From: Octopus vulgaris
Taxonomy: Eukaryota
NCBI GenBank assembly: GCA_951406725.2
Contig: OX597826.1
Coordinates: 32,798,001-32,862,000, forward strand
Direction: 5' to 3'
DNA: 64,000 nt
The notes beneath the pieces were generated by a model. It was given only the letters and a program-made list of their open reading frames with translations. It did not search any database and had not been told where the DNA came from. Every line of letters begins with the position of its first letter. Positions within the stretch are counted from its first letter, which is position 1. Made by a program: the position numbers and the translations under genes. This document shows, piece by piece, positions 26,061 to 39,126 of this stretch.

Positions 26061-27108
26061 ATCCGATCGTGGCCGTTCGCCAGCCTCATCTAGCACCTGT
26101 GTCGGTGGCACATAAAAACACCATCCGAAGACCCGGCAAGACTAGTCAGGCCATAACCCATGGCCCCTACCTGGGACGTAGTCAGTCCACCTGTGCATAC
26201 CTTCCTCCTTGTGATACTTGTGAAGGCCTGTTGAGGCAAGTGAAAATCAAAATCAAAATCAAATCAAAACAAATCAAAATAGATGAACATCAATGGAATT
26301 TGTATCTTTATGGTACCAGTGCCGGTGGCACACAAGAAAACCATCCGAACATGGCCGTAGCCAGTACCGCACCGACTGGCCTCCGTGCTGTGGGCACGTA
26401 ACAAACACCATCCAATCGTGGCCGTTCGCCAGCCTCATCTGGCACCTATGTCGGTGGCACATAAAAACACCATCCGAAGACCCGGCAAGACTAGTCAGGC
26501 CATAACCCGTGGCCCCTACCTGGGACGTAGTCAGTCCACCTGTGCTTACCTTCCTTCTTGTGTCACTTGTGAAGACCTGTTGAGGCAAGTGAAAATCAAA
26601 ACAAATCAAAATAGATGAACATCAATGGAATTTGTATCTTTGTGGTACCAGTGCCGGTGGCACGTGGCACACAAGAAAACCATCCGAACGTGGCCGTAGC
26701 CAGTACCACATCGACTGGCCTCCGTGCTGTGGGCACGTAACAAACACCATCCGATCGTGGCCGTTTGCCAGCCTCATCTGGCACCTGTGTCGGTGGCACA
26801 TAAAAACACCATCCGAGCGTGGCCGTCTGCCAGCCTCGTCTGGCACCTGTGTCGGTGGCACATAAAAACACCATCCGAGAGTGGCCGTCTGCCAGCCTCG
26901 TCTGGCACCTGTGTCGGTGGCACATAAAATCACCCACTACACTCTCGGAGTGGTTGGCGTTAGGAAGGGCATCCAGCTGTAGAAACACTGCCAGATCTGA
27001 CTGGACTGGTGCAGCCTTCGGGCTCCCCAGACCCCAGTTGAACCGTCCAACCCATGCTAGCATGGAAAGCGGACGTTAAATGATGATGATGATGATGATG
27101 ATGATGAT
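26061..27108 (+). mobile_element. Young non-autonomous RTE-tailed element with nested tandem duplications
   Basis: Units start at 26061, 26410 and 26749 (periods 349 and 339 bp), then at 26811 and 26873 (62 bp); CpG-rich; RTE tail plus (GAT)n. Confidence 0.9.
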
Positions 27109-27154
27109 GTGTGTGTATATATATGTATGTATGTATATATATATATATATATAT

Positions 27155-27202
<48 letters not shown>

Positions 27203-27258
27203 TCATCATCATCATTTAGCGTCCGCTTAAATGATGATGATGCGGATGATGATGATGA

Positions 27259-27385
<127 letters not shown>

Positions 27386-27522
27386 GGAGATGTACTTGCA
27401 TAACAAGTGATTTGATCTGAGATCGTGTGCTGGAACGGAAACAATTGCAGTGTGGAAGGTGTTTGTAAGCCATTTAAGAAACACACAAAAGCCGTTCGAT
27501 TCACTTCAACATTTAAGTTTTA

Positions 27523-27573
27523 TTTGTCAAAATATTTTCGGCGCTATAAGACCGTGACCTGTTCACTGACAAA
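27523..27573 (-). ncRNA. Type-I hammerhead motif with G3-C8 swapped core
   Basis: Minus strand: tttgtca-GTGAACA-g-gtcac(ggtcttata)gcgcc-GAAA-ATAT-TT-tgacaaa. 7-bp helix I and AATATT palindrome; helix II has two mismatches. The host element 27381-27580 is homologous to 10285-10373 in the opposite orientation. Confidence 0.55.
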
Positions 27574-27821
27574 AATCCGTGTATATATATATATATATAT
27601 TAATTAAAGAGGACAAGAAGCTCTTTAACAATTTCATATCCGCTGCATCAGAAATCTACAATATCTCCATAACTACCGTCTTGGTTATAACCTTGGAGCC
27701 CTAGTAATCTATTACAGCACTTACCTAACGTACCTAATCATTTAGATTGCCTGTGAACTAAACCCCCATAACTTAGTGTGTGTATGTATTTATATATATA
27801 TATATATATATATATACATAC

Positions 27822-28062
27822 TGTGTTGTAAGAAGCTTGCTTCCCAACCACATGGTTCCAGATTCAGACCCATTGTGTGGCACCTTGGGTATGAGTCTTC
27901 TACTATAGCCTCAGGCTGAGCAAAGTCTTGTGAGTGGATTTGGAAGACAGAAACTGAAAGAAACTTACAAAGTATAAGTTCTGGGGTCGATTTCTTCGAC
28001 TAAAGGCAGTGCTTCAGCATAGCTGTGGTCAAATGACTGCAACAAATACAAGAATAAAAGAA
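27822..28062 (+). mobile_element. SINE family 1, internally deleted
   Basis: Head and tail match 44061-44470; the middle is missing. Confidence 0.8.
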
Positions 28063-28500
28063 TATATATATAAATGTATGTGTGTCTTTTCAGTGTTTAC
28101 AAATAACAGAAAAAAATAAATTAACAGTTACCAGGGTAGCAAAATTTCACACAAGTAACAAGGATGTAACAGCCTATTTATAAGGGTAGAAACTCTAGGT
28201 TAAGGTGAAATGTTTTGTATAATATAGATAAATAAATAAATGGAGTTAAATGCAAGTGTTATTCAAATTCTTTTACTTCCAACATATGTTTCAAAGACAA
28301 CATTGGTATTATTTCAGAAGGAATAAAATGGTATAAAACAATGCAACCAGGAAAAGAAAGAAACCAAACACATCAATAAGACATTTTAACAGAATGTGAT
28401 GATTGTGTATAATGATGAAGGGAACCTTCTCTTCAATTCTTTCATGTGTTACCATGAACCTGCTTGCGACAATGTAAACTTTCATTTAATCAAGATACCT

Positions 28501-28588
28501 TTGGCCTGACGAGCAGCCTGTGGTGTACACCTCACCTGGATATTTACCACTTCTGAGGTTCCACTTGCTATAAAACATATGTAGCCAG
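28501..28588 (+). ncRNA. Type-I hammerhead with extended helix II
   Basis: ttggc-CTGACGA-gcag.cct.gtgg...ccac...agg...cttgc-tat-AAAA-CATATG-TA-gccag; 5-bp helix I, ACATATGT palindrome, G12A lesion. Confidence 0.65.
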
Positions 28589-29349
28589 GATCTTATATTC
28601 TCCATTCCTTAACTCTGGTATTCTTATTTACATACTCAGCAACCCTTGTTGCCTACTGTGAAATATAAAAAGAACTGTTTTTACAGTTAATTGTAGTTCG
28701 ATATGAAAATTTCACAACCTTCCATCTCAATAAAAAACTTTTGTCCCAGAATGTTGGTTTCTATATTTACTATGGATTGCTTGAAGCTCACTTTCTTCCT
28801 ACACCTTGATCTTTGGATCTTGTATTTACAAACACACACACACACACACATACACACACACACACATACACACACACACACATACACACACACACACACA
28901 TACACACATACATGCATATATATATGTACATATGTGAGTGTTTCTATGCTTTTGTTCTTTTTGTGTAAGCAATGTTTCCTTACCTCTTAACATTGTGTTT
29001 TGCTTACGTCCTGACGACTTAGCAGTTTGCCAAAAATGAATAATAAAATAATTATCAACCTAACTCGAAAATAAATACTGGCTTCACTTTTTATGAATAA
29101 ACCTGTCTATGATATGCTCCAGCATGACCAGAGTTTAATGACAAAAAAATAGTTAAAGAATAAAAGAATAAAAGTCACATATATTTCACAGCGATGCTGT
29201 TCAATAATATTAAATGTTAAAATAAAATATTTCTTTTACTAACATGTTGTGACATAGGCAATAGAAGATTTGGGCTCATGAATTAAGGGCTGGTTTGTAC
29301 AATACCTTAGCCACTCAACCATGTATCCTATATTTTATTGGCCCTTGTT

Positions 29350-29398
29350 TCTCTTAATAAAACAACGGAATAGAGAAACGTGTTGAAACATGTAGAGG
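29350..29398 (+). ncRNA. Degenerate type-I hammerhead (U3-A8-like core, G5A)
   Basis: tctc-TTAATAA-aacaacg(gaatagagaaa)cgtgtt-GAAA-CATG-TA-gagg; immediately preceded by an inverted tRNA-like head (ttagccactcaaccatg). Confidence 0.5.
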
Positions 29399-29861
29399 TA
29401 ATTTAGTTAGTCCTTACATATTGATTGTGTCTCTAATTATTGATTACATATCTATATTAATTATATCATTAGGAATAAATTATTGAATTAACTACCTATA
29501 TAAACACACAGGGGACATGGACACTGATAAGGTATGAACACACAAACTCACACCCATTCAGAGGACACATGAACACATACACACATTGATTACATGTACA
29601 CAGAGGACGCATACACACAAATATGTATGTATATACTTGTGAGTGTATATGTTTGTGTTTATTACATTATTCTTACATACTTTTATGTCTGTATATATTG
29701 TCAGTGAAAACTTTTGGCCTAGTGGTTAGAGAAGTGAGCCTTACATTTGTTCTACTATGGTTTCAATTCTCAGACAAGGCAGTGAACTTTGTCCTTAAGC
29801 AAGCTAATTTATTTTACATTGTTCCAGTACACTGGAGCAAAAAAGAAGTACAAGTAGCCCT

Positions 29862-30534
29862 TGGGATTCAATGGGATTCAATGCTTCGGCCCAGTGCGTC
29901 CATGCTGCCAACAAAGCGTGCGGAATTCTGTTTTTGATTCGACGGTCATTCGGAGTGCTCACAGCAGCCATATTCCTGCCACTCTATGTCACGCTGGTGA
30001 GACCCATATTGGAGTATGGGATTCAAGCCTCTTCTCCTTATCTCCTCAAAGACATACAGCACCTCGAAAGAGTCCAGAGGCTGGCTACCCGCCTGGTTCA
30101 TGGTCTCAAAAATTTGTCCTACGAAGAAAGGCTGAGGACGCTCGACCTTTATTCTCTTGAAAAACGCCGCCGCCGTGGTGATCTCATTCTCGCCCACAAC
30201 ATCATAAGCGGGAAGTGTAACCTCTCGAAAGAGCTGTTCTTCACTCCTGCTCCGGAGCGTCGGCTGCGGGGTCATTCCGAAAAGCTCTACCTGCGACGAT
30301 TTCATCTCAATCGAAGGAGAGGAGCTTTCTCCGTCCGGGTTGCGGATCCGTGGAACAAGCTGCCAGATGAGATGGTGAAGATGCCAACGACCGCTTTGTT
30401 CAAAGCCTCCCTGGACCTCAAGTGGCCTGAACTCTTTACATGAACACCACCCTGTACTTAACTCCATGTCCCCCTACATGGCCTTGCTATTTGCTTTTGA
30501 GCCAAATTAACTAACTAACTAACTAACTAACTAA
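29862..30534 (+). mobile_element. Young 5'-truncated CR1-group LINE; ORF2 C-terminus intact (29871-30443), (CTAA)n tail
   Basis: LYVTLVRPILEYG...LERVQRLATRLV.GLKNLSYEERLRTLDLYSLEKRRRRGDLI...LRGHSEKL...FSVRVADPWNKLP is the typical CR1 post-RT region; no stops; CpGs retained. Confidence 0.95.
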
Positions 30535-30968
30535 ATTGGTCCCTTGTTCAGTGGAGAATGTTGTGCTCTTACTTAGATAACCTTGAAAACCCAAATAATC
30601 TGCACCCTCATAAATCTGAAGACAGATTTTCATAATAATTTCATTTCTATGTAAGGGTGAGATAGTTCAAAGGATACATACCAAACTAATATGAACCATC
30701 TCTTCCAAGAGTTGAAAATGGGTCAGCATAGAATCAAGATCCCTAACAAGGAAAAAAGCAAAGTTACAGGAGCATTAGTGATAATTCAAAGCCAAAAATA
30801 CTTGAGAGAAGTCATTTATTTAGGGAAAGATATGAAGGAAGATACTGAGGTAGAGCTGAAAAAGTAGGGGTCCAATTGGAGAGAGGCAGACAAGTCAGCC
30901 CAGAGTTGCAGACAGAGGAGAAAAGTCATTGACAGCCTATGCTCAGTAGGGGTTAAGTAAGTATGTAT

Positions 30969-31185
30969 AAGGGGCTGCTGTAAAGTTCCTGGTTTTAAGG
31001 ATGTCATGAAAGGCCTGGTTGGAGGCCTAACTTTCTGAGTTCATTTACAGGGCTTAGAAAAGCTGAAGGGCCACTGCAATAAGCGTGTGAATGGGAGAGG
31101 GAAATATGTTGAATAAAATCATAATTAACTAATCCTTCTGTATTTTCTTTTACCCCAAATCAGGAACTTTTCAGCTCCCCCACCC
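30969..31185 (+). mobile_element. Mariner-derived MITE
   Basis: TIRs ggggctgctgtaaagttcctg / caggaacttttcagctcccc; retains GLEKLKGHCNKRVNGRGKYVE*; sisters at 58441-58602 and 59150-59362. Confidence 0.8.
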
Positions 31186-32008
31186 TCATATATATATATA
31201 TCTTTGCATATACATGCAAAGCAAATGCTATCGTGTGTCCAGTGTAATTTTCTCACTATTGATGTTGGGGCCACCAAACATTTTAATTAAATTCAAAATT
31301 AACGTGTGCAAAATTATTTCGATATCTTCTCAGGTGTATCATACCTTTTCAGGTGTATCATATGTTATCAAAAGACAATTGAGAGAGTTTAACAGAAAAT
31401 TCCCAACACGCAATAAAATTTCAGTAAAATTATGGCCTTTTTCTTCTCATTTAATTTTTACCTGGTTGCAATGAGGATGTAAACGTTAGTAAAAATCCAT
31501 ATTGCACAGCGGTGAATGGAAAGAAATTTTCATTACAGGAACTGTTTTTTTTTTACAAGGGAATCTATCTCTCGTGCAATTCGTTGCTCCATAATACTAA
31601 ATAAAAACAATTCTGTTTTTTATCACATCGAAAATGCTTTCACTTTATTGGCAAATAAAGCTTACATGTACTTGTTTACACCTTCTTTTGACAAGGTAAA
31701 TACCTTCTCTTTCATGGGGCTTTGGAAATGAAAAAAAAAGCACTGACATGCCTTCTTAAAACAAGGTGATTACAGTGAGAAATGATAAATACGATTATTT
31801 ATTTGAAAGTATTCATAGAAAAACAAATAAACCAAGCAAAATTGAACAAAAATCCACCCATCTACCCACATATCTATTTATCTACATACCCTCTGCTATA
31901 TATGTTTGACTTGAAAGACGTAACATATAATCATAAAAATGATGTGATTTCTCCCTTTTCTTCTCTGTTGATATCTAGGTGTCTGTGTTAGGGAGAGAGG
32001 GTGCCATA

Positions 32009-32046
<38 letters not shown>

Positions 32047-32094
32047 GAAGTTATTCATGAATGATTCAGAATAACTTTTTTTATGTTGAAAGTT

Positions 32095-32180
<86 letters not shown>

Positions 32181-32378
32181 CATCTATTCCTCTATCTATC
32201 TATATGTTGTCTGTCTGTCTATTTATCTATTATTTTCATCAGAAGTCAGTGTATTTAAGAGTACATTTTGAAACATTTTATTTTCACAATGTTCTGCTAT
32301 TGTTGGAAATCAAAGAGAACACAAACAGAAACAGACTTTGAATTTGAGTATTAAAAAGGTAGATTATATATATATATG

Positions 32379-32432
<54 letters not shown>

Positions 32433-32489
32433 GTGTGTGTGTGTGTGTGTGTATATGTAGATATATATATAAGTATATATATATATAAC

Positions 32490-32539
<50 letters not shown>

Positions 32540-32674
32540 TATATATGCATATATATATATAAATACATATATATATATATATATATATATACAACAGACT
32601 TCTTTCAGTTTTCATTTACCAAACCCACTCAGGAGGCTCTGGCCTGCTCCTATATATATATATATATATACATA

Positions 32675-32839
32675 TGGGATTCTTTCAGTTTCTGTCTACC
32701 AAATCCACTTCCAAGTCTTTGGTTGGCCTGTGGCTATTGTAGAAGACACTTACCCAAGGTGCCACGTGGTGGAACTGAACCTGGAACCATGTGGTTGGGA
32801 AGAGTAAGCTTCTTACCACACAGCCATGCCTGCACCTAT
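32675..32839 (-). mobile_element. SINE family 1, 5' half
   Basis: Reverse complement of the family 1 head; a partial duplicate lies at 32592-32650. Confidence 0.8.
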
Positions 32840-34705
32840 ATATATGTGTGTGTGTGTATGTGTGTGTTTGTTTTATATATGTATGTATATTGATACTTCT
32901 CTAGGAGTGGAGTATGTGTGAGTGTTTATGATTGCTGTGTAAGCATATGATGTATGTGTATACACATGTATGTATATAGGCCTGTATGAGCGCATTTTCT
33001 AAGCAGGAAATGAGAAAATGTACCAGATTTTGTAATGGATGTAAAAAATAAATAAAAATATATAAAATACAGGGGAAAAAAATTAAAGAAATATAAATTA
33101 GCAACAAAATTTCCCTTCACTAAAAAAACAAAAAACAGGAAAAATATAAACAAATAACCCATCAACATTAGCAGAGACCAAGAGCAAATAATAATTAAAG
33201 TTTAAAACTAATTACAATGTATGTTTTGCCTTTCTTTTATGTTTATTTATGTTTGTTTTTATTGTTTGGCAAATGTTCAATGATCAGATGTCAGCATAAA
33301 ATAGTTGTCATCATTGTGAGAGTAATTACCACTATCATCAGCATCGTCATCATCATCACCATCATCGTCATCTTTGCTACTGTCGTCATTGTCATTGTTA
33401 ACGAGAATACTAATCACCATCAGTCTCTTCCACCTTTCCCTCCTCCTCCTCCTCCTCCTCCTCAACATTGTCAGCATTTACCTCCTCCGCCTCGGCATCA
33501 TCATCCTTGCTACCAATCACCACCAGCCTCTTCCTCTTCTTCCTCCTTCTCTCCTTCCTCCCCCCTCCTCAACATTGTCAGCATTTACCTCCTCTGCTTC
33601 GGCACCATCATCATGGTTGTCCCTATTTACCTCATCATCATCATCGTCATCATCATCGCCGTCGTCATCGTCATCGTCATCACCATCATCATTATCATCA
33701 TACTCATCAATATCGTCGTTACCCTGTTGTAGGACCAAATCTGTGAAGTGACCTAAAATTCAGGGCCATTTACAAAAAATTAATCATTTAATTTCATCCT
33801 TTGAAGAAGGGGCTGTTTGCTAACAAAAATACAAATCTCTATCATTGGAATGTAGATAACGAAAACAATGTTACATTTTAAACCTGAGAAAAGTTTCGCA
33901 TATTTTTACTGTTCCACTTACAAATCGTATTTGTGACGTGCAAGTCAGTTGGTGGATTACTATTTTCTGAAAAATCCAAGCCTATCCAGATTGACAGTTA
34001 AGCATTTACTTATGAAACTAATTATTATTGGTATAAATGTAAATTTGTGATCCAGATGTTGAAGCTGGAGGTTTCAAAAGAGTTATCCATAGTCATCTTC
34101 TTTCTCTTTGATTTTTAAAGAGATATTCACATCAGTAGGACAGCTAACCTATATATCTGTCTGTCTGTATGTATGAATGTATGTATATATGTGTGTGTGT
34201 GTGTATGTCTGTGTGCTTGTTTGTGCGTGTATGTCTGTATGTGTGTATATATATGTATGTATGTATGCATGTATGTATATATGCATGTATACATGTATGT
34301 ATACCTATATCTATACATCAGTACCTGTATACAAGTTGGAATGGATGTGCTCAATGTACAACAGCTTTACTGTTCAGGTTTCAGCTCTTATTTTTAATCC
34401 CATTAATTTCCCACCATCGTGTGATCACACAGGGTCCTATGTGGCTTGAAAATTATAACATAATACAAATATCACATCAATAATGAGAGAAATGAACATA
34501 GCTTTGAACTTGATATTCCTTTATTGCATGTTACATATGTTTCAGTATTTGGCAACTCATGATGTTACACAATATATGCAATCCATAGTACTTGAATTGA
34601 TTATGGATGCTGCACTTATGAGGTACATCTAAGGATTGCATTTATAGTGTGACATCATACACTACTGAAAGTTGAAACAAAGGAATACTAAGTTCAAGCC
34701 CACTT

Positions 34706-34837
34706 GAACAAACACAGTAAAATAACAACATGAGGACATGGTACATGCAAAGTATTAGCAGATGCTCAGGGAAAGAATGTCTGCTCACAATTTGCATGTA
34801 CCACATCCACATGTTGTTGTTTTTCTTGTGTTTGTTC
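34706..34837. repeat. Fold-back inverted repeat (~130 bp)
   Basis: gaacaaacacagtaaaataacaacatgaggacatggtacatgcaaa / tttgcatgtaccacatccacatgttgttgtttttcttgtgtttgttc, plus inner agcagat / gtctgct. Confidence 0.8.
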
Positions 34838-34984
34838 CTCGTTTGTTTGGATTTACTATTAACACATGGATCCCCTGGTCTTCCGCCTGACTTTGGAGTA
34901 CCTAATTCACGGAATTCTTTCTACCATCGGATTACATTACCTTGTTCATTCAGAATACACCATTTCTGCACCTTGATTGTGAAT

Positions 34985-35020
<36 letters not shown>

Positions 35021-35884
35021 ACTTAAGTATCTTTTGCTAGAATCTCAGGTCAATCCTTACCTTACCTTATGAGTGAAAGCTAACAGACGGATAGACCGAA
35101 AGAAACCAGGAGGATCTAATACCATGAGGTATTCTCTCTAACAATTCAAAAAGCTTTGCTGATTCTCATAAAAATCTTCCAAATTCTTCAGTTGACATAA
35201 TTTAAGTTTAATTGTATGGGAAAATGTGAAAGCTTGCATAGTGACCTAGTGATAACACCTACATTTTACAGTTTCACTGTGGAATTATCGAACGTACAAC
35301 TTTGACTAAAAAACATGTTTCCGACAAAGTAAAAAGGAAGTGGAGAATAAACAAAAAAAAAACAACAAAAAACAAACATTAAAACAAAATAGATTATAAA
35401 AAACAGATAAAAAAATAGTGACATGAAATGGAGAAAGAAAATATTTTCTGTTTTTGGGGTTGTTTTTTATTGAAAATTGTTCTCATTTATCTAAAGCATT
35501 CTCTTTTTTTTAAACTTTTTTTTCCTTATTGCTCTATTTCATTTGTAGAATGATGGTGGTGGGGCGGGGGTGGAGAAGGTGGATAAAGGGAAGAGAGGTA
35601 TTCTGGGTGGAAAGGTATGTGGTGTGGGGTTGTGTAGTGTAGGGGTGAGGACAGGGAAGAATGGAAATGTGATTTTTGTTTTTAATTCTCGATTTTGGAA
35701 AAATTTGGGATTAGAAAAAAAATATATAAATAAAAATAAACTGAAACAAATGAAAGCATTGGTGAAATATGGATGGAAATATGGAAAAATGGTAATATGG
35801 AATGTTTGAAATTAATGGCACTGAAGTTGGAAATAAGGGTAATTGGGAAATGGTTAAAAACAAGTGTTGTTGTCATTGTTGTTG

Positions 35885-36189
35885 ATAATGATGATGTGGG
35901 TGAGGATGATGATGATGACAGCAACAGCAACGATGGTGTTGGTAGTGGTGATGATGATGAGGATAATCATAACAGAGACGAGTGTATGATGTTGATAATC
36001 CTAATGGTATTGATGATAATAGTGATTATAAGGTTGATGATGATGATGATGATAATGATGGTGATGTTACCGATGATAGTGGTGGGGATGATGATGATTA
36101 GGAGGAGAGTAGGAGAAGGACAAAGCTAACGATGAGAATGACACCAAAGACTATGATGATGACGATGATAGTAAAGTTGGTGGTGGTAG

Positions 36190-36220
<31 letters not shown>

Positions 36221-36262
36221 ACTGATGATGAATGATGATTATGATGCTGCTGCTGCTGTTCC

Positions 36263-36303
<41 letters not shown>

Positions 36304-36500
36304 GTGATGCTGATGATGAAGATGATGAGGATGCTGAGGATGCTGATGATGATGATGATGATCATGATCATGATTATGCTGATGATGGTGATGCTGATGA
36401 TGGTGATGCTGATGATGCTGATGATGATGATGTTGATGATGATGGTAATGATAGTGATGATGGCGGTGATGATGATGATGATGATGGTGGTGATAATGAT
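35885..36500. repeat. Degenerate (GAT)n tract
   Basis: Visible directly; a second tract lies at 37338-37810. Confidence 0.95.
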
Positions 36501-36571
36501 CTATTGTTTAGATTTTTCTATTTCGCTTGTCCTCATTGTCTTTGGGTCAACTTAAATATATTATTAGACTA

Positions 36572-37110
36572 AAATGGATGGAGTGCATTCAACCAGGTGA
36601 AGGATGTGCTGAAGGCGACCCTAGGCAAGGCAACTTGCATCAGTCACTTCAACAGCACAGCCTTGCATGCAATGCGATATGCATGAGAGACTTGAGCCTT
36701 GACGAAGGGAGAAGAACGTCTGCTTATGGTGCAGTGAGCCATGGAAAAGTCGAGGCTGGGAATTTTATTTAGAGATCACATCCAGAATGAGGAGATTCTG
36801 GGATAAAACTGGAGTGAAGGATGTTGTCACAGAATCCCACCTGGTAAAGTTCCGATGTGCCAGTCATGTCACAAGGTTCACCGACGGTCGATGGACCTGT
36901 GCAGTTGTCGGGTGGTACCCACGCGAGAGAAAGAGGCCACTTGGAAGACCTTTGATCATACAAGAAAATGATTTAAGAAAAAATGTTTGGAATAATATGG
37001 AAGAGAACGGTGAAAACATGAGGGGAATGGAGCAAATGTTATGGCCAGTGGGGCTGACTTGGCACCAGACAACCAGCCTGATCCAGGTGATCCAGGAGAT
37101 CCAGGTGATT
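36572..37110 (+). mobile_element. RTE-clade LINE 3' fragment (second RTE family)
   Basis: GWSAFNQVKDVL...YA*ET*ALTK...RDHIQNEEI..KTGVKDVV...HVTRFTDGRWT..V.GWYPRERKRPLGRP; tail of about three (tgatccagg) units. Confidence 0.85.
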
Positions 37111-38814
37111 AGAATAAAATATTCTACATCCTAGATATCCACATGGCAGTGCTTCAGCATGGCCATACCCTCTGTTGAAGCTATTAATGGAATAAAGAAT
37201 TAGCCATATACATAGGATATTTGTCACAAAGGTACAAAAGATTTTGAGGCAAGGCCTACAATTAATAATGTTGATCTCAATTTGTGTTCCCAAAAATATT
37301 GGCTTCAAATTTCAGTGCAAGGCCAGCAAAATTTTGGTGAAGATAATGATGTTGATGATGGTGATGATGGCTGTGATGATGATGACAATGATGATGATGA
37401 TAATCTTGACAATGGTGATGATGATGATGACAAGAACGATGATGATGATGATGATGACAACGATGACAATGATGATGATGGTGATGTAGATGACAACAAT
37501 AATGATGATGGTAATGAAGTCTATGATGATGTTGCTGCTGATGATGATGATGACAATCACAATGATGATGCTAATGGTGAGGACGATGAAGGCGATGACA
37601 GTGATGACGATGCGAAGGATTATGATGCCGATGGGGATGATGATGATGATGAAAGTGACAACAACGACGACGACAAGAATGATCATGATGTCATTGGTGT
37701 TGCCACCACCTCTGATTATGATAACGATGACAACCTTGATGATGATGATGATGATGATGTTGATGACAGCAGTAACAACAGCAACAACGGCAAAAATGAT
37801 GACGATGGCATTTATGAGTTACAGAGAAGATGGTATAATCCACAAGCAACTTTGTTTCCCATATAACTTCCAAGTATTATAATCTTCCTTTCCAAATCTT
37901 CTTCTTTTGATTTATATTTATTCGTTCTTCGTTTCTTCTTCAATTTAAAATTGGTTTTATTCTCTTATCTTTTAAAAACAACCACCCAAAACGAAAAAAA
38001 AGGAAAAACAAATAAAATACAATAAAACACTATAAAACACAATAAAACACAATAAAATAACATACAAATATCTCCACAACAAAACTAGATTTTAAAATAT
38101 ATTCTTTAAAGTAAAATAAGAAACAAAAAAAAAAAACCATCCACAAACAAACATTAAATAAACAAACAAACAACACAGCAACAGTGAACTACGCCACATA
38201 ATCTGGTGAGTATTTATGACGCCAAGATTTTGGTAAGGTTTTTCTTTTTCATTTATTATAAGAATCAATTTTTGATGTCTTTGATTAACTTCACTGAAGG
38301 CTTTTCGGTGTCTTGAGAATTCCTTAAGCATGTTTTTTTTATTGTATTTTATTATTCTTTTCCCTTATGTGTTTTTCTGGGTTGATTATTTATTTCTTTT
38401 TTTGTACTTTTCCTTGAATATTTATCTTTTTTTTTTTAAACTAATTTTTTTTTTCCTCATTACTTGTCTTCTTTTCATCATGAAAATTTGTGTTAAATGA
38501 CATTTATTTATTTATTTTTTTAATATATTATTATATACATTTAGGAAAAAAAAATTTTTTTTCCAGTTGTTTCGTTACTGTTGCTGCTGCTACTACTACT
38601 GTAACTGCTGTTGCTGCTACTACTGTTACAATTGCTCCTACTACTAATCCTCATTCTCTGCTTCTACCACTTCTTCCTACTCCTCCAACAACTACAACAA
38701 CAACAACTACAACTACTACTACTACAACCACCACCACCACCACCACCACCGCCACTAGGTATTATTCTGCTTTAACATATATACTTGTGAGTATACACAA
38801 ATATATACAAATTC

Positions 38815-38848
<34 letters not shown>

Positions 38849-39087
38849 AAATATACATATATATGTATGTATATGCATATATGTATATGTATATATATAT
38901 ATATTTACATATATATATATTCATATTATATATATATATGTATATATATATATATGTATGTATACATATGTATATATATATTCATAAACATATATATATG
39001 TACATATATATATGTTTATGAATATATATATATGTGAATATATAGATATACATATACATATAAGCATATACATATATATGTATATTT

Positions 39088-39126
<39 letters not shown>

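Noticed and set aside
31467-31520. tattgcac (miR-92 seed) in a small hairpin
   Set aside because: The stem is about 12 bp, too short, and the rest does not match miR-92.
33455-33612. Duplicated ~50-bp block (cctcaacattgtcagcatttacctcctc)
   Set aside because: Local slippage duplication inside a (CCT)/(CAT) low-complexity tract; no sign of function.
35234-35254. ttgcatagtgacctagtgat resembling miR-153
   Set aside because: Only the seed region matches and no complementary arm forms a pre-miRNA.
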